From NCBI GenBank assembly GCA_038087875.1, contig CM075990.1:13084001-13148000 (forward strand): DNA of 64,000 nt, in the 5' to 3' direction. The stretch comes from Malacoraja senta. Taxonomy: Eukaryota. This document shows positions 34,074 to 46,824 of the stretch, one piece after another. Numbering within the stretch: the first letter of the stretch is position 1; each line of letters begins with the position of its first letter. The notes beneath the pieces were generated by a model that was not told the DNA's origin, searched no databases, and saw only the letters and a program-made list of their open reading frames with translations. The position numbers and the translations under genes are program-made.

Positions 34074-34897
34074 AATAACCGAGTGGTGTTGCACCTGGCT
34101 TGGTTACTCAAGCCCTATTCACAGTACTGGTTTAAGGTAAGCTATTCAGTAAACGTATGAGGCAGACAGTTAAATTACCCTCCAGTAACAGCTGCCCGTT
34201 TTACTACCCAAACATTCTTACTGACATGAGCTCAGGGGATTCATGTAGAAGCTGCAGCTGAAACAGCTAAATGATGACTTGATTTCTGCAGAGGATTCCC
34301 CCTTAATCATTCCTTTCACATATCATGCTATGCTAAGCAGCAGCTCTGCACAGAATAAACACTGGTACAATCTTCCCAGACTTTCTCATATTTCAGAGTG
34401 ACATGCAAGAGCAGCATGTTTTGCCAACGCGTGCTCTCGACAGCATCCGATACATTTAAATCAAGATTTAACGGTCAATTCTTATAATATTGCAAATCTA
34501 AATGGCATTTTTACTATTCTTTACCGTTCTTGTTAATAAGAAAAGTAAACACTCACTGTAAAAGTGAGCCAAACATATTCATGCTGGAACCTGATCATAC
34601 AATGATATGAAGCAACTGGGGTGAAGACAAATTGGGAGAAAATTGCATTACTCTAGTGTTGGTACATACGGCAATAAAACACTCTCGACTCTTGGTGAGG
34701 AGCGGGGTGAAAATCATGAATATTATCTAAAAAGGGCAGATCTTGTCTAAGCTCCATGATATGAATGTGGATTGGTAACTATTTAAAAGGAAAGGAGCAA
34801 AGAATTGCTCTCAGATCAAGAGCCAAAGGATTTAGGCTGGAAAGAGCTGTGTGCATGATGCAACTTATGGCAAAGAGAAGCCCATGGTCACTCAAAG

Positions 34898-35167
34898 CAG
34901 ACACAAAAAGCTGGAGTAACTCAGCGGGACAGGCAGCCTCTCTGGAGAGAAGGAATGGGTGGCATTTCGGGTTGAGACCCTTCTTCAGACTGGTTAGGGA
35001 TAAGGGAAACGAGAGATATACACAGTGATGTGGAGATAAAGATAAGCAAAAAAATAACAATGATAAAGGAAACAGGCCGTTTTGGAGGGTGTAAATGAGA
35101 AGCTAGTGCAACTTGGGTGGGGTAGGGATAGAGAAAGAGAGAGGGATGCTACCTGAAGTGAGAGAAG
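34898..35167 (-). mobile_element. PLE 3' end, long form reaching the ORF stop (FSHFR*)
   Basis: Colinear with 22580-22935. Confidence 0.7.
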
Positions 35168-35289
35168 GGAGGCAGCAGGATTTAATCTTGGGCTGATTAA
35201 ATTTCAATATAGAGACAACACATGGTACTGAATATTAGTGGACGTTTAGCTTTGGATCAAGTAATCGGCCAATATCCCAGGACTTCGGG

Positions 35290-35495
35290 GAGACACAAGG
35301 AACTGCAGATGCTGGATTCCTGAGCAAAATAGAGTAACTTAGCGAGTCCGGCAGCATCTCTGGAGGGAATGGATAGGTGATGTTTCGGGATGGGAACCTT
35401 CTTCAGAACTCAGTGTGAAGAAGGATTCCAATCCAAAATGTCACCTGCCCAGAGATGCTGCCCGACCTGCTGAGTTATTCCAGCACCTTGTGTTT
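35290..35495. mobile_element. Palindromic PLE element (subfamily C, older)
   Basis: GACACAAGGAACTGCAGATGCTGG arm and inverted arm; relatives at 11240-11455, 47880-48075 and 53930-54110. Confidence 0.7.
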
Positions 35496-36903
35496 TATTC
35501 CTGAACCTTACCGCAAGGGGTAGTAGACACCACTGAGTTTGCACAAGTGAGAGGTGATCATTTGTTTTGCTGGGAATTAATTGGAGAAATGTGAACAGAG
35601 TGGGCCCAGGCGTTAAGAGTTACGCAGTGGCGAGAAACAAATCTGATCCCCATTATAGAAATGTCACAAACAAATTGATAAGCTGGCCTCGTCAATCTCC
35701 ACAAGAAAAGTAAAGATACAAAACATGACTGATAAAGGGACTGTGAAACAATGCATTTAGATACAACTATGGAGCAGGGTGAGAGGGCACCAGTGGATGT
35801 TGTGAAAGTCAGCTTTAGAATGAAGGGTGGTTGAGGGCTCGATCAGGCAGGAAGCCTGGCTGAAGGCTGTGGACTCGAATCAGACATTTCCCAGGTTAAA
35901 AAGGCCAGAGTTATACCGTACCACACCATCCAGACTCTAGAATTTAGAAACTAATTATTAATCACTAAAAAAAAATCATACCACCTCAGCATCTTGGATT
36001 CTGCACAACCTCAGTCTAAATTATGCATGTGGAGAATACTTCAATGCGCTAACATCTTTATATAATCTTTGCATAATTCATTGTTTAATAGTGTATAAAA
36101 AGGTACAATTTAGAATCAGGCACAAAGCATAACATTTATTGTGCAAGGATTGGATTTTTGCTAATCCTATCGTTCCAGCTGATAATTAAGCTTCTTAAGT
36201 CACAAAGGCAGGCACTGTCTGGCAACTTCACAGATATGCAAGGTGCTGCAATCTATAACAATGCACTTCTTAAGCATAGAAGATAGAACATTTTGATCTG
36301 ACGGCATCCGTGGAAAGAGAAATAGAGTAGATGTTCCACTTCTGTTGAAAGGTAATTTCCCTGAAAAATAAACTCTTTTCCTAGCTACCTGCACTGCAAA
36401 GTGTTTCCAGGATTTTCTATTTTTATTTCACAGTATTAATAACTACAACAATAAAGCCGCACAGAGAGCAGGTATTGAGGGGGATGGTGCTGGGTCGCCA
36501 GCACTAACTGTCGAGCCTTCCTGAGATGTCGTGGGCCTAACTCAATGAAACACCAGTGAAGGGAGGTGCCCACTTGATAACCCCAATGATATACTTGCAT
36601 CTACACGATCAGCTTTTTTAAAAATGTGCTTGTTAACATGTAGGTAGCTGATTATTGAATTTGGGTTAGTTATTGTCCTTGGCATAGGTTTGTAGAATCA
36701 GTTTAGATAGTATTTTGGCCTTGGTTTTCTTGGTTAAGTGTTTATCCCGGTGTTACAGCACAAGTACATTGTGTTTTAATTGTAATTTAAGATCACAGGC
36801 ACAGCTTTGTACATGTCTGATGTGACAGCTGAGGCCCTGGAGATTTAGTTACCAACAATAAACTGGAAGAGAAAGCAAGAGATGAAATATAATGATAATT
36901 ATA

Positions 36904-37205
36904 CAGGATAACTTCAGGTTACAAATGACCTGACTTATGGAAATCAGACTTTATATTTTGAAAGCAATTTTCAAGCTAATGATAATAACAACATGTTTCA
37001 TTGTATTTATCAATGATGGAACACAGTATATATATTACATTACATTAATTATGGAGTAGCTTAGTGTTTATTCAATGAAATGAAAGAATTAGAGCAGGTG
37101 TATGTAGAGCGATATGATACGGGTTATTATAGAAAACAGGTATTTTTTATATACAGAGAAATTGGCTCATGGAATGGAACGTTTGTGGAACACAAGGACT
37201 GCCTG
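36904..37205. mobile_element. pogo/Tigger-like MITE
   Basis: TA|CAGG..CCTG|TA; right end reverse complement CAGGCAGTCCTTGTGTT resembles Tigger TIRs. Confidence 0.55.
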
Positions 37206-37526
37206 TACTTAAGGGCATTTAGACAGAGTTGTGTATGATCAAGGGTCAGTTCCAGTAAAACTATCACACTAAAGGAACCAAGAATAATGGGGTTAGGTAC
37301 ACATCATGTGTCAGAATCCTATATAGCAGGAGCCTGCAGTCTTCCAAAGATTGTCAATTTAAAATGATTAAACTTCACTCACTAAGCTGGTGTCAGAGTT
37401 TCATCTAAACTCTGGTAATAGGGTCAAGGTTTAAACAGTTGGACAAAAAGCCGTGAAACTCTTAGGGATTATTGGAGATTATGGTCATGTTTACAGCTGG
37501 GCTCAGAACACCAACAGTTTTGCCAA

Positions 37527-38164
37527 GGACATGGACATCACACGCTGCCGCACTGGTGAGTAAGGCAAGGCAGCGCCTTTACCACCTCAGGCAGCTGAGG
37601 AAATTCAGAGTCTCTCTGAGGATCCTCCAGTGCTTCTACTCAGCGGATGTAGAAAGCATCTTGTCCGGAAACATCACAATCTGGTTTGGGAACTGCTCTG
37701 CCCAGGACAAGAAGGCTCTGCAGAGAGTAGTGCGTTCGGCCGAACGCACTATGGGAACTACACTCACCCCTCTGCAGGAACTATACATCAGAAGGTGCAG
37801 ATCCAGAGCCAGCAACATTATGGGGGACCCCTTTCACCCCAGCAGCAGACTGTTTCAGCTGCTACGGTCAGGCAAACGCCTCCGCTGTCATGCTGTGAAA
37901 ACAGAGAGGATGAGAAAGAGTTTCTTCCCAGAGGCCATTAGGACTGTAAGCTCTTACCTCACCAGGGACTAACTTACTGTACCAATTTACTGTTGTGTTG
38001 TGTCTTTTTAAAATTGCTGGGGGGTTTTCTCACAAATATGTAATTACTGATTCTTTCTATTCTGTTTTGTAGTTTTTTTTTTGCACAATCCGCAAGCATT
38101 GCCACTTTTCATTTCACTGCACATATCGTATGCGTATGTGACAAATAAACTTGACTTGACTTGA
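37527..38164 (+). mobile_element. Rex1/Babar LINE 3' fragment
   Basis: SKARQRLYHLRQL..DPFHPS..KSFFPEAIR; AATAAA followed by (CTTGA)3 tail. Confidence 0.9.
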
Positions 38165-38225
38165 TGCAGCACAACAGGTCCGTAAACACACTACTTACAG
38201 ATCACACAATAAACAAAAAGTTAAA

Positions 38226-41200
38226 AATATCCTGGCGGGGAGATTTGCAAAGGCTACTGGGGAGACTTTAAACTAGAATGGTTGGGGGAAGGGACTCAAA
38301 TAGAGAAAGCTAGTAGACAATGTGGGAGGCAGGAGGCAGAGAAGGGAAGCACTCGGACCCAAAATGTAGGGTAGAAAGAAGAAAAAGATAATAAACAGAG
38401 AATAAGTGGTGGTGGGTTTCTTAAATGTGTATATTTTAATGCTAGGAGCATTGTAAGAAAGGTGGATGAGCTTAGAGCCTGGATTGACACCTGGAAGTAT
38501 GATGTTGTGGCGATCAGTGAAACATGGTTGCAGGAGGGCTGTGATTGGAAACTAAATATTCCAGGATTTCATTGCTTCAGGGGTGATAGAATTAGAGGGG
38601 CAAGAGGTGGGGGTGTTGCATTGCTTGTCAAGGAAGATATTACAGCAGTGCTTTGGCAGGATAGATTAGAGGGCTCGTCTAGGGAGGCTATTTGGGTGGA
38701 ACTGAGAAATGGGAAAGGTGTAGCAACACTTATAGGGGTGTATTATAGACCGCCTAATGGGGAGCGAGAATTGGAAGAGCAAATATGTAAGGAGATAGCA
38801 GATATTAGTAGTAAGCACAAGGTAGTGATTGTGGGAGATTTCAATTTTCCACACATAGACTGGGAAACACATTCTGTAAAAGGGCTGGATGGTTTGGAGT
38901 TTGTAAAATGTGTGCAGGATAGTTTTTTGCAGCAATACATAGAGGTACCTACTAGAGAAGGGGCAGTGCTGGACCTCCTGTTAGGAAATGAGACAGGGCA
39001 GGTGGCGGAGGTATGCGTTGGGGAGCACTTCGGGTCCAGTGATCACAATACCATTAGTTTCAATATAATTATGGAGAGGGTCAGAACTGGACCTAGGGTT
39101 GAGATTTTTGATTGGAGAAAGGCTAACTTTGAAGAGATGCGAAAGGATTTAAAAGGAGTGAATTGGGACGTTGTTTTATGGGAAGGATGTAGAAGAGAAA
39201 TGGAGGACATTTAAAGGTACAGAATCTTTATGTCCCTGTTCAGTTGAAAGGAAATAGTAAAAATTGGAAAGAGCCATGGTTTTCAAGGGAAATTGGACAC
39301 TTGGTTCGAAAAAAGAGAGAGATCTACAATAAGTATAGGCAGCATGGAGTACATGAGGTGCTTGAGGAGTATAAAGAATGTAAAAAGAATATTAAGAAAT
39401 AAATTAGAAAAGCTAAAAGAAGATATGAGGTTGCTTTGGCAAGTAAGGTGAAAGTAAATCCAAAGGGTTGCTACAGCTATATTAATAGCAAAAGGATAAC
39501 AAGGAATAAAATTGGTCCATTAGAGAGTCAGAGTGGACAGCTATCTGCAGAGCCAAAAGAGATGGGGGAGATATTGAACAAGTTCTTTTCTTCGGTATTC
39601 ACCAAGGAGAAGGATATTGAATTATGTGAGGTAAGGGAAACAAGCAGAGTAGCAATGGAAACTATGAGATTCAAAGAAGAGGTGTGGACACTTTTGAAAA
39701 ATATGAAAACGGATAAGTCTCCAGGTCCTGACAGGATATTCCCTCAGACATTAAGGGAAGTTAGTGTAGAAATAGCAGGGGCTATGACAGAAATATTTCA
39801 AATGTCATTAGAAACGGGAATAGTGCCGAAGGATTGGCATACTGCGCATGTTGTTCCGTTGTTTAAAAAGGGTTCTAAGAGTAAACCTAGCAATTATAGA
39901 CCAGTTAGTTTGAGGTCAGTGGTGGGCAAATTAATGGAAAGGATACTTAGCGATAATATATATAAGCATCTGGATAAGCAGGGTCTGATTAGGAACAGTC
40001 AACATGTATTTGTGCCTGGAAGGTCATGTTTGACTAATCTTCTTGAATTTTTCGAAGAGGTTACTAGGGAAATTGATGAGGGTAAAGCAGTGGATGTTGT
40101 CTATATGGACTTCAGTAAGGCCTTTGACAAGGTTCCTCATGGAAGGTTGGTTAAGAAGATTCAATTGTTAGGTATTAATGGTGGAGTAGCAAGATGGATT
40201 CAACAGTGGCTGAATGGGAGATGCCAGAGAGTAATGGTGGATGGCTGTTTGTCAGGTTGGAGGCCGGTGACTAGTGGGTTGCCTCGGGGGTCTGTGTTGG
40301 GTCAACTGTTGTTTGTCATGTACATCAATGATCTGGATGATGGTGTGGAAATTTGGATTAGTAAGTATGCAGATGATACTAAGATAGGTGGTGTTGTGGA
40401 TAATGAAGTAGATTTTCAAAGTCTACAGAGAGATTTAGGCCATTTGGAAGAGTGGGTTGAAAGATGGCAGATGGAGTTTAATGCTGATAAATGTGAGGTG
40501 CTACATCTTGGCAGGACAAATCAAAATAGGACATACATGGTAAATGGTAGCGAATTGAGGAATGCAGTTGAACAGAGGGATCTAGGAATAACTGTGCATA
40601 GTTCCCTGAAGGTGGAATCTCATGTAGATAGGGTGGTAAAGAAAGCTTTTGGTGGGCTGGCCTTTATAAATCAGAGCATTGAATATAGAAGTTGGTATGT
40701 AATGTTAAAATTGTACAAGGCATTGGTGAGGCCAATTCTGGAGTATGGAGTACAATTTTGGTCGCATAATTATAGGAACGATGTCAACAAAATAGAGAGA
40801 GTACAGAGGAGATTTACTAGAATGTTGCCTGGGTTTCAGCAACTAAGTTACAGAGTAAGGTTGAACAAGTTAGGTCTTTATTCTTTGGAGCGCAGAAGGT
40901 TAAGGGGGGACTTGATAGAGGTCTTTAAAATGATGAGCGGGTTAGACAGAGTTGACGTGGATAAGCTTTTCCCATTGAAAGTAGGGAAGATTCAAACAAG
41001 GGGACATGACTTGAGAATTAAGGGACAGAAGTTTAGGGGTAACATTAGGGGGAACTTCTTTACTCAGAGAGTGGTAGCTGTGTGGAATGAGCTTCCAGTG
41101 GAAGTGGTGGAGGCAGGTTCGATTTTATCCTTTAAAAATAGATTGGATGGGTATATGGACGGGAAAGGAATGGAGGGTTATGGTCTGAGTGCAGGTAGAT

Positions 41201-41317
41201 GGGACTAGGGGGAAGAAAGAAGAAAGAAGGGGAAAACAAAAAGTGTTCGGCACGGACTTGAAGGGCCGAGATGGCCTGTTTCCGTGCTGTAATGGTTATA
41301 TGGTTATATGGTTATAT
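38226..41317 (+). mobile_element. CR1 LINE, 5'-truncated: ORF1 tip plus disrupted ORF2 (APE endonuclease ~38420-39214, RT 39436-41208)
   Basis: ISETW, YRPP, GDFN, SDH endonuclease motifs; DFSKAFD, KYADDTK RT motifs; (ATGGTTAT)3 tail; frameshift and stops between the domains. Confidence 0.96.
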
Positions 41318-41391
41318 TGTCTGAAGACAGGCAACTGAAAGCTGGGAGCTGGGGCAGATTGTAATATACATCTTTTTTTGGATTCACTCAC

Positions 41392-41481
41392 CATCAGAAT
41401 CAAACAAAGCAAAGACGACATCACAAACGTGGTCAGAAAGCTCCACTCGGGCCACTGTCCTGGCAACCTGCTTCATGGTTG
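41392..41481 (-). CDS. MICU1: MICU1 coding exon (90 nt), first half of EF-hand 4
   Basis: (A)[29 protein letters not shown](G); CAG acceptor, GTGAGT donor. Confidence 0.97.
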
Positions 41482-41759
41482 CTGTTGAGAAAAATGATAA
41501 GATATCTGACACAGTACTTCATACTCCAGAAGTCTGACATTAGAGCTGCCAATAGATGCTCTCAAAGAACAAGCAATTGATTCCCCAAATAAAATCTGTT
41601 CAGGATTTGCCCAAAATAGCAAAGAATACAGAAACGGGAAGGTTCCCAGATCTTTTCCCATTTCCCTTCATCTCTTCATTCTCCAACTCTTTCTTGAATA
41701 TTTACTGATTTGGTTTCAACTGCATTCTGTGGTAGAGAATTGCACAGGTTTATCACTCA

Positions 41760-42210
41760 TTACTGCAAAGAACAGTGCGGTACAGGAACAGTCTCTACGA
41801 CCAGCAATGTCTGTGTCAACCATGATGCCAAATTAAATTATTCTAGTTTTCTTGCACATGGTCTGTGTCCTTCCCTGTTCATGTACCTGTCCAAATGCCT
41901 GTTAAATGTTATGATCATAACTACTCTCACTGCTTCCCAGACAGGGCATTCCAGGCACCTACCACACTCGGTGTAAAAACTTGCCTCATATTCTCGTAAG
42001 CCTGGGTAAAAGGCTGACTGTCAACCCTATCTATGCCTTTCCTAATCGTAGACATTTCTGTCAGGTTGCCCCTCAGCCTGCGACCGTCTAAAGAAAATAC
42101 TCCAAGTCTGCCCATCCTCTCTTTATAACTAACACTCTCTAATCGAGGCAATGTCTGGCAAACCTCTTGCATCCTCTGCAAAGCCTCTGTATCCTTCTCG
42201 TAATATGGTG
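41760..42210 (-). mobile_element. Degenerate CR1 3' fragment
   Basis: ORF 41927-42181 ..LGVFSLDGRRLRGNL..VVGAWNAL. Confidence 0.75.
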
Positions 42211-42364
42211 AAATGGAGTGTCCAGAAGGAAAAGAAGAGCAAAAATTGCTATATTACTAACTAGATACAGACTCCAGCAAAGCAGTATTAAACCTCTAAC
42301 AGCTTGTGCCATAGTTGCACAAACTTAAATATTCCATCCACCATATTCAGTTAGCATGTAATAC

Positions 42365-42473
42365 CTTTATCAATGGAGGCCCCTGCCATGTGATAGAAAC
42401 TTAGTGCTGTATCCACATCATTAATGTTCTTCAGGAAAGTGAAGAAATGCTCAACTTCTTCAAATGTAATGCC
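42365..42473 (-). CDS. MICU1: MICU1 coding exon (109 nt)
   Basis: [39 protein letters not shown] acceptor, GTAT donor. Confidence 0.97.
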
Positions 42474-44371
42474 CTGCAGAGAGAGAGAAAAAATGAATTG
42501 AAAAGAGTGAGTTCCATTGTCTATCATGGGTAAAAAAACATTTGATCCATCACACCCGCAATATTTCTAGTATGATAATTTTATCAAGAGTATTCCATCT
42601 TTCTCTTCTGGTTTAAAGATAATTATTTAATTTCCAACTCTGCTGTCACCTGTAAATACCGATGCTATTCAATGGAATTCAATTTCAATTCAGCTCCCTT
42701 GAAAATAATTCAATTAACCAAATAAAAGACACAAAGTCCTGGAGTAACTCAGTGGGACAGACAAGGGAGGTCGAGGGGTGGCCTTCTAGAGGTTTATGAA
42801 ATAATGAGGGGCAAAGATAAGCTGGATGTTCACAGTCTTTTCCCCCAGGGTAGGGCAATGTAACATTTGAGGCATAGGTTTAGGATTAGCGGAGGAAGAC
42901 TTAAAGAGAGGTTGAGGAGCAAATTTCTCCACACAAAGATTGTTGGATATGTGCAACCTAACTGCTAGAGACAATGGTGGAGGGGGTAGAAATACAATTT
43001 ATAAAACACGTTTGGATAGGTTCATCAACAAGAAAGATTTATGACATATGGACCAAGCGCAGGCACACGAAGGTCGGTAACACGAAGTGCAGGTTGGTAA
43101 CTTGGTTGATATGGATGAGTTGAACCGAGGGGCCCGTTTCTGTGCTGTATGAATATAGAGCATTATTGGAATGCAGTCCAAAACTGTTATAAATTCAGAT
43201 CTACAAGATTCCCCCAACAAACAAGTAAATTCAATTGACCCTAGTCTTAAAATGACAGAATTCCATCACTGTAAAATAATATTTTGATTAATATAATGTA
43301 ATATTATTACCCTTCTCCCAACATATTACTTGATATTTACACAGGGAATTCATCGCGATGAAATTATAGAAATTTGCCGGAAATGTAATATTGGTATTTA
43401 AAATGATTTATTGCTTTTTGTCCAAATTTTTCATTTTACCTTCCTGCCTCTGGTTTAATCTAGATAATTGTTTGAAACAGGATGCTGTGAATCTCTAATG
43501 AGGCAATGGAGAGGTGGGTTCTGTGCATCAATATATTCTGAAGAAACTTCCACAGCAATTATGTAAAATGGGACGACTATAAAAACGTTCCAAATTGACA
43601 AATTACATTCTGGCAATGAAGAGTCCGTACTGAAAGCAATAATGCCCTTTTACTATTGAATAATTCTCCATTACACTACCAGAATAGGCAATCACTCTTC
43701 CCCAACTCATTTTTTTTAGATCAATAATATCAGGAGCATAATCTGAACATCCATGCAGCCCAAATTTGTCGTCTTTCTCTTTCTCCATCTTTATTGTGAA
43801 ATGGAGAAACCACACAGAACCAAGTTTCAATACACAGCAAAAAACTGCAGTCAAAATAGCACGTCACACGGTCGTCTCGAAACTAGGACAATAGGTTGTT
43901 TTATGTAATGACTCATAATCAGCTTTGCATTAAAATGTTTTAACAAAAGAGTGGAAGTCACAGGCAGAGACAAATAAATCATTTTAGAAGCACCGGATAG
44001 CAAGAAAAAGCAATGGCGATGTGCAACAGTTACTGCTGTCCCTCTGCTCCAATAACCTGTGTTTGGGTCCTAGTCTCAGATACTGTCTGCATGGAGTTTG
44101 CACATTCTCCTTGTGATCACATGGGTTTCCCTGGAGTTCTTCAGTTTCCTCCTAGGTGGGTGGCAGGAAAATCCAGGTGGAGATGAAGGGCATGGGTGAG
44201 GATGGAGATTACAGAGAAAATATTGTGAATAGGGGTGATGGTGCAGCTCTGTGAGATAGCATTGATGGGTCAAATAGCCTTTTACTTCATAGTAAAATAG
44301 TCGTTCAAATGTAGAAAAATATAATATGAAAATATAAAGGTTTCAGTTAATCTATCAAGAGTTTAAGATTG

Positions 44372-44466
44372 AAGGTAGACACAAAATGCTGGAGTAACTC
44401 AGTGGGACAGGCAGCATCTCTGGAGAGAAGGAATGGGTGACATTTTGGGTCAGGACCCTTCTTCAG
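44372..44466 (-). mobile_element. PLE 3'-end fragment
   Basis: 15-bp TSD AAGAGTTTAAGATTG (44357-44371, 44484-44498). Confidence 0.75.
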
Positions 44467-44971
44467 TTTAAGATTAATTAATTAAGAGTTTAAGATTGTA
44501 TGATTGAGAAAAGGGAGCTTTCTGTAATGTAGAATTCCACAAATTCATATCAATGAATCAATAACCTTCTTTCTTCAATGAAAATAGGCGTTCAAACTAA
44601 AGTAGGTAACAGTGAAAGTGCTTCTCAGATATTTAAGTACAGCATCAATTGGATAATGAAATGCCTTGTGTAATCACTGTTCTTCTTGCAACTTGAGACT
44701 GTTATTATTCCATATGCTGTACCGTTAATTCTCTTGACAGATCAAAATACACACACATCAATTTTAGCCCATAAAATTGAAATGGTATAAGCTGACAAAA
44801 TTTACAAAGGCCTGCATTTCATCAAGTGTAGGGAACAATGCTGGCATATAATAGATACTAAATCATGCTGTATCATTAGGTCCACTGCAGCTTTATTGTT
44901 GTTCAAAGATGGTTAAGATTACAACTGCTATTTGTCTGAGTCTGATGGAGACTACCTACTTTTATGGGCAG

Positions 44972-45330
44972 AATCAAGATTCAAGATTCAAGAGTTTATT
45001 GTCATGTGTCCCAGATAGGACAATGCAATTCTTACTTTGCTTCAGCACAACAGAATATAGTAGGCATGAATACAGAACAGATCAGTGTGTCCATATACCA
45101 TTATATAAATATATACACACACATGAATAAATAAACAGATAAGGTGCAAATAAACAGATAATGGGCTATTAATGTTCAGAGTTTTGTTTCATTTGAGTTT
45201 AATAGCCTGATGGCTGTGGGGAAGTAGCTATTCCTGAACCTGGACGTTGCAGTCTTCAGGCTCCTGTACCTTCTACCTGAAGGTAGCGGCGAGATGAGTG
45301 TGTGGCCAGGATGGTGTGGGTCCTTGATGA
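44972..45330 (-). mobile_element. Rex1/Babar LINE A 3' fragment
   Basis: Reverse complement of 28730-28930 plus 29752-29890; (TCAAGAT)n tail. Confidence 0.85.
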
Positions 45331-46686
45331 TTAGTAATTTAATATTAACTATGACATTAACTTCTTCTTTGGATAATTGCTGAATTACTACTTTGTTGCA
45401 TACATAACTCAGAAGCTTGTTAACTAAATGTTTGTCATAAAATGTTACTAGGAAGGAATTGTCCTCAATCTATATGTGATAAGCTCTTAGTTCTCTGCTC
45501 TATCCAGAATGCCGTAAAAGGAGGCTTCCCGCCTTGGAAAACTAAGTTGGCCTTTCTTTGCTGGGAGGATGAGGAGATTGGGCTCGCTCAGAATGTTACT
45601 AGAATTTAAATCTCGAGGGAAACGTTCTCTAACTGGAATGAGTAACTTGCTGTTGAAAAAAACATGCACATTTCTTCATTTATCACATATAGCGTATTTT
45701 GTTCCCTGGCAAAATGTCCCTCTTGTACAGTACATGCCAATTTTGAGCGACAAATAATTTCTCTATTTCTAAACACAATTCAGCAACGATAAATTAATAA
45801 ATGGAAGTTCAGAGGTGTACGTTTAGTCTGGCACTACAGTTCAAGAGATAACCTTTGGCTATAGCAAGGCCACAAAGGAATATAAACACATTAAGTGAAT
45901 GGACAAAGATTTGGCAGATGGAGTGTGGAAAAATGTGAAACTGGAACCCAACTAGCTAAGAGGGATAGGGCCCAAACGTAGGGTAAATGGGACTAATTTA
46001 GATCGGCATCGGGTGGGCATGGACATGTTGGGATGAATGGCCTGTTGCTGTACTGTATGGCTCTATGACTTGAATATTCTTGTAATGCTCAGGAATCAAC
46101 TTTATTTTTGCATTTTAATTAAGTCACTGTTACAAAAAAAATTTAATGTTCTTCAAAATATGGGCAGAAAGGTAAACTTAAAAAAATTCAAACCTAACCC
46201 CTTAGTAAGTCTGAATGGATCAGACCTAATTCAGGCGCAGCAGCTCTCAGAAGCTCCATCTGAGCCTCTACATTTCTTTCGCACAGTACGTCATGAATCT
46301 CACTTTATTGATACTTGAAAAAGCTGAAAATTAAATCCTCTGTCCTTGGCAGTGCCAGCATCTCAGGCAGAACTCGACTGAAAAATAGCGTGGATTTCTA
46401 AGCAACATGTTTTTATGTGGTTGATTTACCTGTCCAAGCCAGCATCTCTGACAATAATTTGGAGTACCAATTGGGTGAACAATTTCTGACGAGGAAATAA
46501 AACTGGTGCTTACCATGGCATGCTAATATTTAACCACTAGAACGAAACCCACAGTGGTTTCAGTTTTTTTTAAACCCTTTAGGAAATACAAATGTGACCG
46601 CAACATAAGAAAATAAGCAATCAACGTCATGCTGGCTGTTCTGCTGCATTGCATCAGCATGGAGACCATTTGTGCCAGGTCCTTAC

Positions 46687-46824
46687 CTCTGCATCTTTGA
46701 ATTGTTTTTTGATACTCTTCAACATTGCTTTAAGTTTCTTGGACTGGACACCACTATATGCCAAAAGCATTCGTCCAAACTGACGCTCCGTGATCCTTCC
46801 ATTTACGGGGTCCTGTCTCTCAAA
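46687..46824 (-). CDS. MICU1: MICU1 coding exon (138 nt)
   Basis: [49 protein letters not shown] acceptor, GTAAG donor. Confidence 0.96.

Noticed and set aside
39436..41208. 590-aa RT ORF as an active or domesticated gene
   Set aside because: Part of a 5'-truncated CR1 with a frameshift and stops separating it from the endonuclease; no promoter or proper start.
43603..43854. 83-aa minus-strand intronic ORF and nearby palindrome TTCATCGCGATGAA (43349-43362)
   Set aside because: No recognisable homology or splice context; possibly DNA-transposon debris; insufficient support.
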